In this document: in pieces, positions 7,535 through 15,576 of the stretch | Layout: every line of letters starts with the position of its first letter | Numbering within the stretch: position 1 is the stretch's first letter | From: an uncultured virus (IMG/VR IMGVR_UViG_3300044611_002505) | Taxonomy: Duplodnaviria; Heunggongvirae; Uroviricota; Caudoviricetes | DNA: 20,000 nt | Direction: 5' to 3' (one strand) | IMG/VR virus record: IMGVR_UViG_3300044611_002505 | The notes under the pieces: generated by a model | Databases searched by the model: none | What the model was told of the DNA's origin: nothing | Seen by the model: only the letters and a program-made list of their open reading frames with translations | Position numbers and translations under genes: made by a program

Positions 7535-8789
7535 CATATTAACTTGTTATTATAATCCCACCAATTCTGAGAATAGAACTCGGAATTTCTATAAATTCTT
7601 GGATTCCGTTAAATCTAGCGGGATTGAAGATCATCTTTTTGTTTGTGAAATAACAAAAAATGATCAACCAAGATTGACTCCAACAAAAAATCATTTTTTG
7701 TTGTTGAGCGAAGATGATTTGTGGCACAAGGAATGTGCTATAAATTTTTTACTAAAAAAAATACCAGAAATCTATACGAAAATTATAGTTTCTGATTGCG
7801 ATCTTATTTTTAATGATCTTGGCTGGGTTAAAAAGACCAGCGATTTATTAAACGAATATGTGTTTGTCCAACCATACGATAAAATAAAGTATCTTGGACC
7901 CGTAGAAGGCTCCTACGACAGTTTTTATGCCGGTATTGTGTCGTATATGCAAAAGAGTAGGGTTGTGGATTTTGGCAATCCTGGGGCTCTTGTAGCGTAT
8001 AGGAGAGACTATCTGAGTGCTGTTGGCGGGCTTTTTGACAAATGCGTTGTTGGTGGAGGGGATACTATAAACATTATCCCTTTCTTTATTGATAATTTTA
8101 TGAAATTAAATTTTCTCAACAGAATATGCCCAGACACCAGAGTTGAAGCATTAGATCATATAAACAATTGTGTTGATTTTATTAAAAACAGCGGATTAGG
8201 CTCTGCAGCATATTTGAAGGATGTTGTTCTGACTCATTTGTTTCATGGAATGATAAAACACAGACAATACGATTCAAGATACAGTATAATCAATAAAATA
8301 ACATTTAAAAAGAATTTTAAGAAAAAAAATGAATTATACCAGATAACATCAAATGAAAAATTAAAAAGCGATTTAAAAGAATATTTAATTGAAAGAAAAG
8401 AAGATTTTAAGCTGAAAGATACAGCCTCCATATGTATTAATAGTGCTAAATATCCCGTTGAATATGACATATTGTGGTTATGCGAACATAATAGTTTTAT
8501 ATTTAATAATATATCAAGAGTTAAGTTTCATTTGAAGAAAGTTAAACAATTAAAGAATTTTAAAGTAATATCAAATGGTAAAGAAATATTCTCTGTATTT
8601 ATTGAAAATAAAGCGGTTATTGAAATTGAAAATCCAAATGTACTACTGATCAGCTCTGATTACTTTGTTCCCGCTGATCTTGGTGAAAGCAAAGATACAA
8701 GAAGGCTATCCTTTGTTCTTGAAAAAATAGAGATAATTGCTAAAGACGGAACAGAATATACTAATTATCTTTTAGGGGATATATCTTGA
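7524..8789 (+). CDS. GT-A fold glycosyltransferase (GT2/GT7-like) with a C-terminal accessory beta domain
   Basis: LWHKECAIN, IIVSDCDLIF (DxD), GALVAYRRDYLSAVGGLFDKCVVGGGD, HLFHG. Start ATG 7524 (MDVCILTCYYN) preferred to TTG 7479. Confidence 0.75.
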   Translation: MDVCILTCYYNPTNSENRTRNFYKFLDSVKSSGIEDHLFVCEITKNDQPRLTPTKNHFLLLSEDDLWHKECAINFLLKKIPEIYTKIIVSDCDLIFNDLGWVKKTSDLLNEYVFVQPYDKIKYLGPVEGSYDSFYAGIVSYMQKSRVVDFGNPGALVAYRRDYLSAVGGLFDKCVVGGGDTINIIPFFIDNFMKLNFLNRICPDTRVEALDHINNCVDFIKNSGLGSAAYLKDVVLTHLFHGMIKHRQYDSRYSIINKITFKKNFKKKNELYQITSNEKLKSDLKEYLIERKEDFKLKDTASICINSAKYPVEYDILWLCEHNSFIFNNISRVKFHLKKVKQLKNFKVISNGKEIFSVFIENKAVIEIENPNVLLISSDYFVPADLGESKDTRRLSFVLEKIEIIAKDGTEYTNYLLGDIS

Positions 8790-9997
8790 TTGAACAATTT
8801 TTAAACTCCGAGCTAGACCCAATTCAAACAATAGAAGCTTATTCTAAATTTGCTTCTAAATTAATGTTTTTAGAAGAGCTCGTCGTTAGAAAGGTTGTGA
8901 AAAAATTAAAGAAAAATATAGAGGATTGGGCAAAAAATAAAAGTTTGATTTATAAAAATTATAATGGCATCGAAACATACAACAGAAAAGATTTGTTGAA
9001 TAAAGATGGTTGGTATGTTCAAGAGTTGAAAGAGCAGTCGCAAAATTTTTCAACAAGCGGCAGCACAACCGGTGACCCCTTCTCATATAGTATTTGGAGC
9101 AAATACGTAAGTTATATAGAAGATGAACATCAATACGGCATGATATTGGATGAGTTCGATATCTCTAGAAAAGACGCCAATATATTGGTTTTAATGAAAC
9201 TGCCGTATAATCCCAAAATAGAAGAGTTTGGCACAGAGCAGATTGGCGACTCTGGTTATACAATGCATACTCATAAATCCACCACTAGTAAAAGGTGTTT
9301 TGTAAATTTTGATGGATACATTGAAGATGCAGAAACTTGGCATAAAAATTTATTTAAATTTATAGAAAACAAATCATTTGATGTAATCATATCGACTGGA
9401 CCGTCAATAAACACTCTTTGTTTTTATTTGAAAAAATTTAATTATACAAACAAACTCTGTAGATTACTGAGTCATACTGGTGAGTTTTTGATAAAGCAGG
9501 ATGCTTATTATTTAAAAGAAAACAAATATATTGATAATTTTTGTGATCACATGAGATGTTGGGATGGTGGAGCAACATTTTTTACATGTAAATTTGGAAC
9601 CTATCATTTGATGGATAATTTAAGTTGGGTTGAAGAAGGCGAAAACAATAAAATGATAAGCACAGATTACTTTTCCCTACCAGCTCCTTTTATTCGTTAT
9701 TGGAACGGAGATCTTTGTAAAATATCTGATGACTATCAAAGGTGTGATTGCGGTAGACTATATCGTTCCTTCAAGATGCTTGAAAACAGACCGTTTGGTT
9801 TAAAGGGAACAACAAAATTAACATCTATAAAACAACAAGTTTCTAATCTAGATTTTAAACAAGATATTTTGCAGGTAAAATTCGATAATTTAAAAGTTGA
9901 TATTGTTGCAAAAAGAGAACTTCTAGATTTTGAAAAAGAGCAACTAAAAAATATTTTTAATGAATATAAAATAAATTATAGCAATTATGGATCATGA
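8786..9997 (+). CDS. Phenylacetate-CoA ligase/CapK-like adenylate-forming enzyme (ANL superfamily)
   Basis: P-loop-like FSTSGSTTGDPF; TGE; ISTDYF...PFIRYWNGDL...CDCGR corresponds to the PaaK/CapK 'T.L...PLIRY..GD...C.CGR' block. Confidence 0.75.
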   Translation: MIEQFLNSELDPIQTIEAYSKFASKLMFLEELVVRKVVKKLKKNIEDWAKNKSLIYKNYNGIETYNRKDLLNKDGWYVQELKEQSQNFSTSGSTTGDPFSYSIWSKYVSYIEDEHQYGMILDEFDISRKDANILVLMKLPYNPKIEEFGTEQIGDSGYTMHTHKSTTSKRCFVNFDGYIEDAETWHKNLFKFIENKSFDVIISTGPSINTLCFYLKKFNYTNKLCRLLSHTGEFLIKQDAYYLKENKYIDNFCDHMRCWDGGATFFTCKFGTYHLMDNLSWVEEGENNKMISTDYFSLPAPFIRYWNGDLCKISDDYQRCDCGRLYRSFKMLENRPFGLKGTTKLTSIKQQVSNLDFKQDILQVKFDNLKVDIVAKRELLDFEKEQLKNIFNEYKINYSNYGS

Positions 9998-10016
9998 ACT
10001 ACTAAATATTTCATGA
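9992..10016 (+). promoter_or_regulatory. TAAATA late-promoter-like hexamer in the loop of a 7-bp hairpin containing ATG 10013
   Basis: TCATGAA (9992-9998) and TTCATGA (10010-10016); TAAATA at 10003-10008, 4 nt before the ATG. Confidence 0.5.
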
Positions 10017-10195
10017 GAACATTTTTTTTAATTTTACTTTTATCGTTGTTTTGCATTGGATGTAAAGAAGTTTCTTGTAAATGTGGAAGTGAAAAATGCG
10101 GTCCTGAGTGCAAAAATCAATGCGATGGACTTAGATGTATTCCTGGCGAACCTTGCTGCGATAAATGTATTTGTAGAAAAATAAATTACCGCTAG
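10013..10195 (+). CDS. Small Cys-rich putative lipoprotein (60 aa, 12 Cys)
   Basis: MRTFFLILLLSLFCIG/C signal peptide with a lipobox-like CIGC; 10 further Cys in the remaining 43 residues. Confidence 0.7.
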   Translation: MRTFFLILLLSLFCIGCKEVSCKCGSEKCGPECKNQCDGLRCIPGEPCCDKCICRKINYR

Positions 10196-10221
10196 ATTTA
10201 GGATATTTTTTTTGATACAAT
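10193..10221 (+). promoter_or_regulatory. Putative extended -10 promoter giving a leaderless gmd mRNA
   Basis: TG-A-TACAAT (10213-10221), weak TAGATT 17 nt upstream of the hexamer, ATG 7 nt downstream, no SD. Confidence 0.5.
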
Positions 10222-10228
10222 TCCTCAC

Positions 10229-11326
10229 ATGAGAAAAGCATTAATTACAGGTGTCACAGGACAGGATGGTTCTTATCTGTCCGAGCTTTTATTGAACAAA
10301 GGTTATGAAGTTCACGGAATTATAAGAAGAAGTTCATTAATAAATACCAATAGAATTGATCATATATACGATCAATTGAATCTTCATTACGGAGATTTGA
10401 CTGATTCCACGAATATTGTAAGAATTATTCAAAAGGTTCAACCAGATGAAATTTATAATCTGGCGGCTCAAAGTCATGTGAAAGTATCTTTTGAGTTGCC
10501 TGAATATACTGGCGATGTCGATGCTCTTGGAACTTTAAGAGTATTGGAAGCTGTTAGATTATTAGGACTTGAGAAAAACACAAGAATTTATCAAGCATCT
10601 ACTTCTGAGCTTTATGGTCTTGTGCAAGAAATTCCACAAAAAGAAACAACTCCGTTTTACCCAAGATCTCCTTATGGTGTTGCAAAACTGTATGGTTTCT
10701 GGATTGTAAAAAATTACAGAGAATCTTACGGAATGCACGCCAGTTCTGGCATTTTGCACAACCACGAAAGCCCAAGAAGAGGACAAACATTTGTTACTAA
10801 AAAAATAACAGATGCTTTTCACAAGATGTCTATTGGTCAACAGGATTGCCTTTATCTTGGTAATTTAAACGCTAAGCGTGATTGGGGTCACGCAAAAGAT
10901 TTTGTGGAGGCTATGTGGCTTATTCTTCAACAATCTGAGCCTGATGATTATGTGATAGCGACTGGTGAACAACACTCGGTTAGAGAGTTTGTTGAGAAAT
11001 CTGCCTCCTATTTTAATATGAAAATAGAGTGGCAAGGCGAAGAGTTAAACGAAATTGGGATTGATATAAATTCTGGCAAGACAGTTGTTAAAGTTGACCC
11101 CAGATATTTTAGACCAGCAGAGGTTGAATCCCTGCTTGGCGATGCAACAAAAGCAAAAGAAAAATTAGGATGGGTTCCTAAAATTTCTTTTGAACAACTT
11201 GTTGAGGATATGTGCTTAAATCAATTGGAACAAAAAAATGAACAAAACAAGCAGAATATTTGTGACCGGACACAAGGGTTTGGTTGGCTCAGCAATATTA
11301 AGAAATTTACAAAAAAATGGATATAG
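10229..11326 (+). CDS. gmd: GDP-mannose 4,6-dehydratase
   Basis: [80 protein letters not shown]. Confidence 0.98.
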   Translation: MRKALITGVTGQDGSYLSELLLNKGYEVHGIIRRSSLINTNRIDHIYDQLNLHYGDLTDSTNIVRIIQKVQPDEIYNLAAQSHVKVSFELPEYTGDVDALGTLRVLEAVRLLGLEKNTRIYQASTSELYGLVQEIPQKETTPFYPRSPYGVAKLYGFWIVKNYRESYGMHASSGILHNHESPRRGQTFVTKKITDAFHKMSIGQQDCLYLGNLNAKRDWGHAKDFVEAMWLILQQSEPDDYVIATGEQHSVREFVEKSASYFNMKIEWQGEELNEIGIDINSGKTVVKVDPRYFRPAEVESLLGDATKAKEKLGWVPKISFEQLVEDMCLNQLEQKNEQNKQNICDRTQGFGWLSNIKKFTKKWI

Positions 11327-12164
11327 CAATATATTTACGGTTGATAAAAAAAATCTTGATTTAACTGATTCGCGAGAAGTAGATAAATACTTTTTAGACA
11401 ATTGTATTGAATATGTTTTTAATGCTGCTGCTAAGGTTGGTGGTATAAAAGCCAATAATACGCAATCCGCTGACTTTATAACACAAAATATAAGAATACA
11501 AACCAATCTTATTGAATCTTCAAATAGACACGGTGTTAAAAAATTCTTGTTTCTTGGCAGTTCTTGTATATACCCAAAATTTGCAAAACAACCAATAACA
11601 GAAGATCAATTTTTAACTGGGCTCCTTGAGCCTACAAATGAAGCTTATGCTATTGCAAAAATCTGTGGAATTAAAATGTGTCAGGCGTATGGTCAGCAAT
11701 ATGGATTCAATGCTATTTCTCTAATGCCAACTAATTTGTATGGTCCAGGAGATAATTATGACCCCAAAAATAGTCATGTTTTGCCCGCAATGATCAGAAG
11801 GTTTCATGAGGCTAAAATTAATAATCTTTCTGAAGTGGTTTGTTGGGGAGATGGATCACCAAAAAGAGAGTTTTTATATGTAGATGATTTGGCGGATGCT
11901 TGTTTGGTTTGTATGTTGAATTACGAAAGCGACGAAATTATTAATGTGGGCACCGGCGCTGATATAACCATAAAAGAACTTGCCGAAATTGTTGCGAATG
12001 TTGTTGGATATAAAGGAAGTATTGTTTGGGATGACATTGCCGCAATAAATGGAACACCCAGAAAGGTTTTAAATATTGATAAGATAAAATCTCTTGGTTG
12101 GGAGGCTAAAATGGATTTGTCTACCGGCATAAGTGTAGCATACTCAAGTTTCTTGGCAAAGTAG
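11238..12164 (+). CDS. fcl: GDP-L-fucose synthase (GDP-4-keto-6-deoxy-D-mannose epimerase/reductase)
   Basis: [72 protein letters not shown]; directly follows gmd. Confidence 0.97.
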   Translation: MNKTSRIFVTGHKGLVGSAILRNLQKNGYSNIFTVDKKNLDLTDSREVDKYFLDNCIEYVFNAAAKVGGIKANNTQSADFITQNIRIQTNLIESSNRHGVKKFLFLGSSCIYPKFAKQPITEDQFLTGLLEPTNEAYAIAKICGIKMCQAYGQQYGFNAISLMPTNLYGPGDNYDPKNSHVLPAMIRRFHEAKINNLSEVVCWGDGSPKREFLYVDDLADACLVCMLNYESDEIINVGTGADITIKELAEIVANVVGYKGSIVWDDIAAINGTPRKVLNIDKIKSLGWEAKMDLSTGISVAYSSFLAK

Positions 12165-12181
12165 TTTCCTCCCGGTACGCT
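12164..12181 (+). promoter_or_regulatory. Recurrent motif GTTTC-N5-GGTACGCT, copy 4
   Basis: GTTTCCTCCCGGTACGCT; its first G is the G of the fcl TAG; 35 nt before ATG 12217; identical to copy 5. Confidence 0.8.
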
Positions 12182-12216
12182 CTGTTGGTGGCAGAAAGCA
12201 CCAACAAGAGAAATAT

Positions 12217-12846
12217 ATGTATAATTCCTTTAAGTATCTCTATCCTCCTCGACCAGAAAATGCTTTAACTCCCGATAGAATTTCATATTATGAGAAGCAC
12301 GGTTTTGTGGGTCAATACAAAAAGAATGGAACTTGCAGCATTTTTGCAATAAATCATCCAAATGATTTTATTGCTATGACAAGACACAACGATAACCATA
12401 AGCAGTGGGTGTTTTCACAATATTTCCACGGTTGTTTTGCTAAGTATCTTCCTGCTAATAAGTGGCATGTTTTTGTTGGCGAAGTTCTTCATTCAAAGAC
12501 AGTAAATATCAAAGACACGGTTTATATCTTTGATATTCTTGTGTATAATTCCGAGGAGCTTTATGGTTCAAAGTTTATGGACCGCCAAAATCTTCTCAAG
12601 GAAATCTTTCAGGCAGATCATAAGCAGCAGATGTATTCTCACTATGAGATCGAGCCGCGATTTCTATTGGCTCGAAATTTCGAAAGTGGTATGTATGATA
12701 TGTTTAAAAACATCGAGGATAAAACAGTAGACGAAGGTTTTGTTCTCAAGAAGAAAGACGCAATTCTCAAAGATTGTTATTCTGCAAGTAACAACAGCTC
12801 TTGGCAGATTAAGTTTCGACACCCATCTAAGAAATATCAGTTTTGA
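12217..12846 (+). CDS. Stand-alone ATP-dependent ligase/capping-type nucleotidyltransferase (adenylation) domain
   Basis: Motifs in order: I QYKKNGT, III FVGEV, IIIa YIFDIL, IV EGFVLK, V WQIKFR; ends at 209 aa without an OB domain. Confidence 0.75.
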   Translation: MYNSFKYLYPPRPENALTPDRISYYEKHGFVGQYKKNGTCSIFAINHPNDFIAMTRHNDNHKQWVFSQYFHGCFAKYLPANKWHVFVGEVLHSKTVNIKDTVYIFDILVYNSEELYGSKFMDRQNLLKEIFQADHKQQMYSHYEIEPRFLLARNFESGMYDMFKNIEDKTVDEGFVLKKKDAILKDCYSASNNSSWQIKFRHPSKKYQF

Positions 12847-13205
12847 TGGACAATCTGGATAAACTTATAAATGATTTAAGTGATGTTCTGCAAAGAAAGT
12901 ATATACAGCAAGCTTATTTAATTTCATCGAATTTATCAGTAAAAGTTACAAGTAGTGAAATTTTGCAAAATTGGTCTTGTTTTCTTGATAAAAATAATAT
13001 AGAGTTAATGCCAATAAGTTGTACCGCCGAAGCAGAAACCACACTATTAAATCTAATCAATAGAGAACAACATAGAATTAAAAATAAAATAATTTTTATG
13101 ACGGAATACCATTCGGCTAATGGTGATTCAATTGGTCGTTTTTATGTTTTGACAACCAGAGAAAATGCTCAAAAATTGGTTGTTCTCGGATCTTTTGAAA
13201 ATTAA
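12843..13205 (+). CDS. Hypothetical protein (about 120 aa)
   Basis: Coupled to the previous stop (TTTTGATG); converges on the minus-strand gene with a 4-nt overlap. Confidence 0.65.
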   Translation: MMDNLDKLINDLSDVLQRKYIQQAYLISSNLSVKVTSSEILQNWSCFLDKNNIELMPISCTAEAETTLLNLINREQHRIKNKIIFMTEYHSANGDSIGRFYVLTTRENAQKLVVLGSFEN

Positions 13206-13801
13206 ATCCAAAAGCTCAATGGACACCAAATTCTGTTTGATAAACCACACTTTCTTAATCCATTGTTGATCCAGTTGTTGCAATTTGTGATACAATTGTA
13301 GGTCAAATTCGACTCATAAAAGTCACCAATCTGATAGTGCCAATCTTCTTTTTTTATTTTTTGTTTATTATATGAATTTGATATATGTTTTTTTAATGTA
13401 TTGAATTGCTTTTTGTTTACAGTGAACTTTTTCAATCTTTTTTCTTTGGGAATTTCATCAAAAAAATCAACTCTCAATACGGTTTTGTTTAATCCAAAGA
13501 AAGCTTTGACGAAATTTTCCATTTTTAGGTCTGCCCACTTTTGTGTCTCTAAGAATATCGATCTGTCACCCCAACCTATCGAAACATATTTTTTTTTGGT
13601 TTTAAACACATTTATCCAATCTTTTGATTCAAAAACATAATCAGAATGAATGGCATCTTTTATTATAAAAATCTTTTTTCTGCCTTTTGATTTGTCGATT
13701 TTTCCAATTTTAAACATCGGTAAAAACAAGCAAGAAATTAAATAAATCAAGAATATTGGGGAAAAAATCAAAAATATGACAAAATAAAATAATTTTCTCA
13801 T
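13202..13801 (-). CDS. DUF2459 / TIGR02117-like protein with an N-terminal membrane anchor
   Basis: Hydrophobic N-terminus; IHSDYVF, YVSIGWGDR..FLET..WADLK, FYES...YN....CNNW.N.GL. The only minus-strand gene. Confidence 0.8.
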   Translation of the reverse strand: MRKLFYFVIFLIFSPIFLIYLISCLFLPMFKIGKIDKSKGRKKIFIIKDAIHSDYVFESKDWINVFKTKKKYVSIGWGDRSIFLETQKWADLKMENFVKAFFGLNKTVLRVDFFDEIPKEKRLKKFTVNKKQFNTLKKHISNSYNKQKIKKEDWHYQIGDFYESNLTYNCITNCNNWINNGLRKCGLSNRIWCPLSFWI

Positions 13802-13854
13802 GCATTAGCTATCCATTTTATTTTAATTTTTAAATAAAAGAATTATATATACTT

Positions 13855-13877
13855 ATAGAAGAAATTGTTTCTTCTAT
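13855..13877. repeat. 10-bp inverted repeat in the divergent intergenic region
   Basis: ATAGAAGAAA (13855-13864), loop TTG, TTTCTTCTAT (13868-13877). Confidence 0.7.
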
Positions 13878-13902
13878 TGTCTTAATTTTTAAGGAGAAAA
13901 AT

Positions 13903-14121
13903 ATGGCTAGCTATGCAGTTAAATTAACTCCCGATGTTGTAAACCTCGGGACAGAAGGTTCTTTAGACGTTCTTGTCAATGGCAATAGCATTCAAAGAAC
14001 AATGGATATGGTTCTTGTTAAGAACAGCGGTTACAAAATGGTCAGCAGACTAAAAGATGGCGACACATTTAATGATACCATTCAAACCGTTGCTGATTAC
14101 GCAAACGTTGTTGAACTTTGA
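13903..14121 (+). CDS. Small hypothetical protein (72 aa), apparently monocistronic
   Basis: Strong AAGGAG SD, ATG 13903, terminator downstream. Confidence 0.8.
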   Translation: MASYAVKLTPDVVNLGTEGSLDVLVNGNSIQRTMDMVLVKNSGYKMVSRLKDGDTFNDTIQTVADYANVVEL

Positions 14122-14148
14122 TTTATTTTTATAAAATGGTCTAAATTG

Positions 14149-14187
14149 GACGCTCTGGTTGAAAAACTTGGGCGTCTTTTTATTTTT
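14149..14187 (+). terminator. Intrinsic terminator
   Basis: GACGCTC...GGGCGTC stem (one G:U) extended by an inner GGTT-GAAA-AACT hairpin, followed by TTTTTATTTTT. Confidence 0.75.
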
Positions 14188-14197
14188 AGGTGAGAAA

Positions 14198-14950
14198 TTG
14201 ATTTACAAAAACCGATCTCAGGCAGTCAAAGAAACTGGAATTTCTTATTTAGGCTCTGTGAATCTTACTGCAAAACACATAAAAGCATATAATTACAACG
14301 AGCTTACATATTCTCTTTATCTAGCCCCAGCAGATATATCCGGATATGAAGTTTGTCCTCTTAGAACAAAAGATTGCACAAGAGCTTGTTTGCATGAATC
14401 TGGACTGAATAAAATAGATACCAAAGCAAACAAGATAAATAAATCAAGGATTGCCAAAACTAAATTATTTTTCGAAAATAGAGATTTCTTCATGCGTTGG
14501 ATGATTGATGAAATCCAAGCCACAAGAGAAAAAGCCACTAGACAGAATCAAAGGTTTTCGGTTAGACTCAACAATACAAGCGACATATCTCCAGAGCAGT
14601 TTGTTTTGGGTGACAAAAATATATTAGAAATTTTTAATGAAAATCAATTCTTCGACTACACAAAGCTCTACAGAAGAATAGCTCTCGCTAAAAAGTATCC
14701 TAATTACGATATAACTTTTAGCTACAGTGGTGAAAATAAAGAAGATTGTTTAAATGCCCTGAACATAGACAATACTCGGGTAGCGGTTGTTTTCAAAGAT
14801 GTCTTGCCTGAAAAATTTTGGGATTTTGATGTTGTGAATGGAGATGAATATGATATGAGATATTACGATCCCAAGAATGTTGTGATTGGATTAAAGTTTA
14901 AAGACGTTAGAAACGAAATAGATTTTGAAAACACTTCTTTCATAAACTAG
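14198..14950 (+). CDS. Gp88-like phage protein (Cys-cluster, radical-SAM-like family)
   Basis: LYLAPA.ISG..VCP....CTRACL..SG, VRLNNTSDI, FFDYTK, YDITFSYS, VAVVF, GDEYDMR, IGLKFK. Start TTG 14198 after AGGTGA; the ORF-track start at 14159 is inside the terminator. Confidence 0.75.
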   Translation: MIYKNRSQAVKETGISYLGSVNLTAKHIKAYNYNELTYSLYLAPADISGYEVCPLRTKDCTRACLHESGLNKIDTKANKINKSRIAKTKLFFENRDFFMRWMIDEIQATREKATRQNQRFSVRLNNTSDISPEQFVLGDKNILEIFNENQFFDYTKLYRRIALAKKYPNYDITFSYSGENKEDCLNALNIDNTRVAVVFKDVLPEKFWDFDVVNGDEYDMRYYDPKNVVIGLKFKDVRNEIDFENTSFIN

Positions 14951-14954
14951 TGTC

Positions 14955-15515
14955 ATGCCAAAATCAAATCTAACTCGTGGAAAAACCGTGAAACAGTGGG
15001 CGAAAGAATTAAATCTTTCTGTTGCTCGCGTATATCAACTTAAAAGAAAAAATCAGCTTGAAGCTAAAATAGATGGCTTTTGGCAACCCACAGTTAAAAA
15101 ATACCCAACATATTTTGGTCATTCTTCAAAAGAATGGGCTGAGAAGTTTAATACTTCAAGAGAAAATATAATGGGGTTAATCCGCAATGGGGAATTTGAA
15201 AAAGTAATTGAAGCTGGTGTTTTTCCTAAGAAAAAAGTTGGACGATTAATTGATGGCAAAAATCTTAGTCAATGGGCTAAAGATCTTGGTATAACAAGAG
15301 AAAGAGCCAGACAACTCGCAAATAAAAATCAACTTATTGGAAGAAAAATAAATGTGAATCAATACGAAGAATATAGAAAAAGAAAGCAAGAAGAAATAGA
15401 CAAAGAAAACAAATTAATTTTAGAAGTCTATAAAAGCCTCAAATTATCAAAAGAAGAATTAGCAGAAAAATTAAATACAACAATATACAAAATTGATAGG
15501 GCCTTAAATTCGTAG
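14955..15515 (+). CDS. Tandem HTH-repeat DNA-binding protein
   Basis: Three G-x5-WA...L HTH units at exact 46-aa spacing (G9/G55/G101, W15/W61/W107) plus a C-terminal LSKEELAEKLNTT HTH. Confidence 0.75.
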   Translation: MPKSNLTRGKTVKQWAKELNLSVARVYQLKRKNQLEAKIDGFWQPTVKKYPTYFGHSSKEWAEKFNTSRENIMGLIRNGEFEKVIEAGVFPKKKVGRLIDGKNLSQWAKDLGITRERARQLANKNQLIGRKINVNQYEEYRKRKQEEIDKENKLILEVYKSLKLSKEELAEKLNTTIYKIDRALNS

Positions 15516-15533
15516 GTTTCCTCCCGGTACGCT
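15516..15533 (+). promoter_or_regulatory. Recurrent motif GTTTC-N5-GGTACGCT, copy 5
   Basis: GTTTCCTCCCGGTACGCT directly after the TAG at 15513-15515; 43 nt before ATG 15577. Confidence 0.8.
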
Positions 15534-15576
15534 TTGCTGTTGTCGGGAACACAACACACATACTTTAGGAGTTGAT

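Noticed and set aside
14159..14197. ORF-track start of the Gp88-like gene
   Set aside because: It lies within the terminator; TTG 14198 has an SD-like AGGTGA.
1545..15533. Motif as a sigma54 (-24/-12) promoter, because (T)GGTACG resembles TGGCACG
   Set aside because: None of the five copies has GC exactly 10 nt after the GG, and the conserved GTTTC lies upstream rather than downstream.
1545..15533. Motif copies as CRISPR repeats or recombination/att sites
   Set aside because: Copies are 0.6-6 kb apart, only 18 nt long with a variable core, and always precede start codons; no cas or integrase gene is in the window. A role as gene-cassette recombination points cannot be fully excluded.
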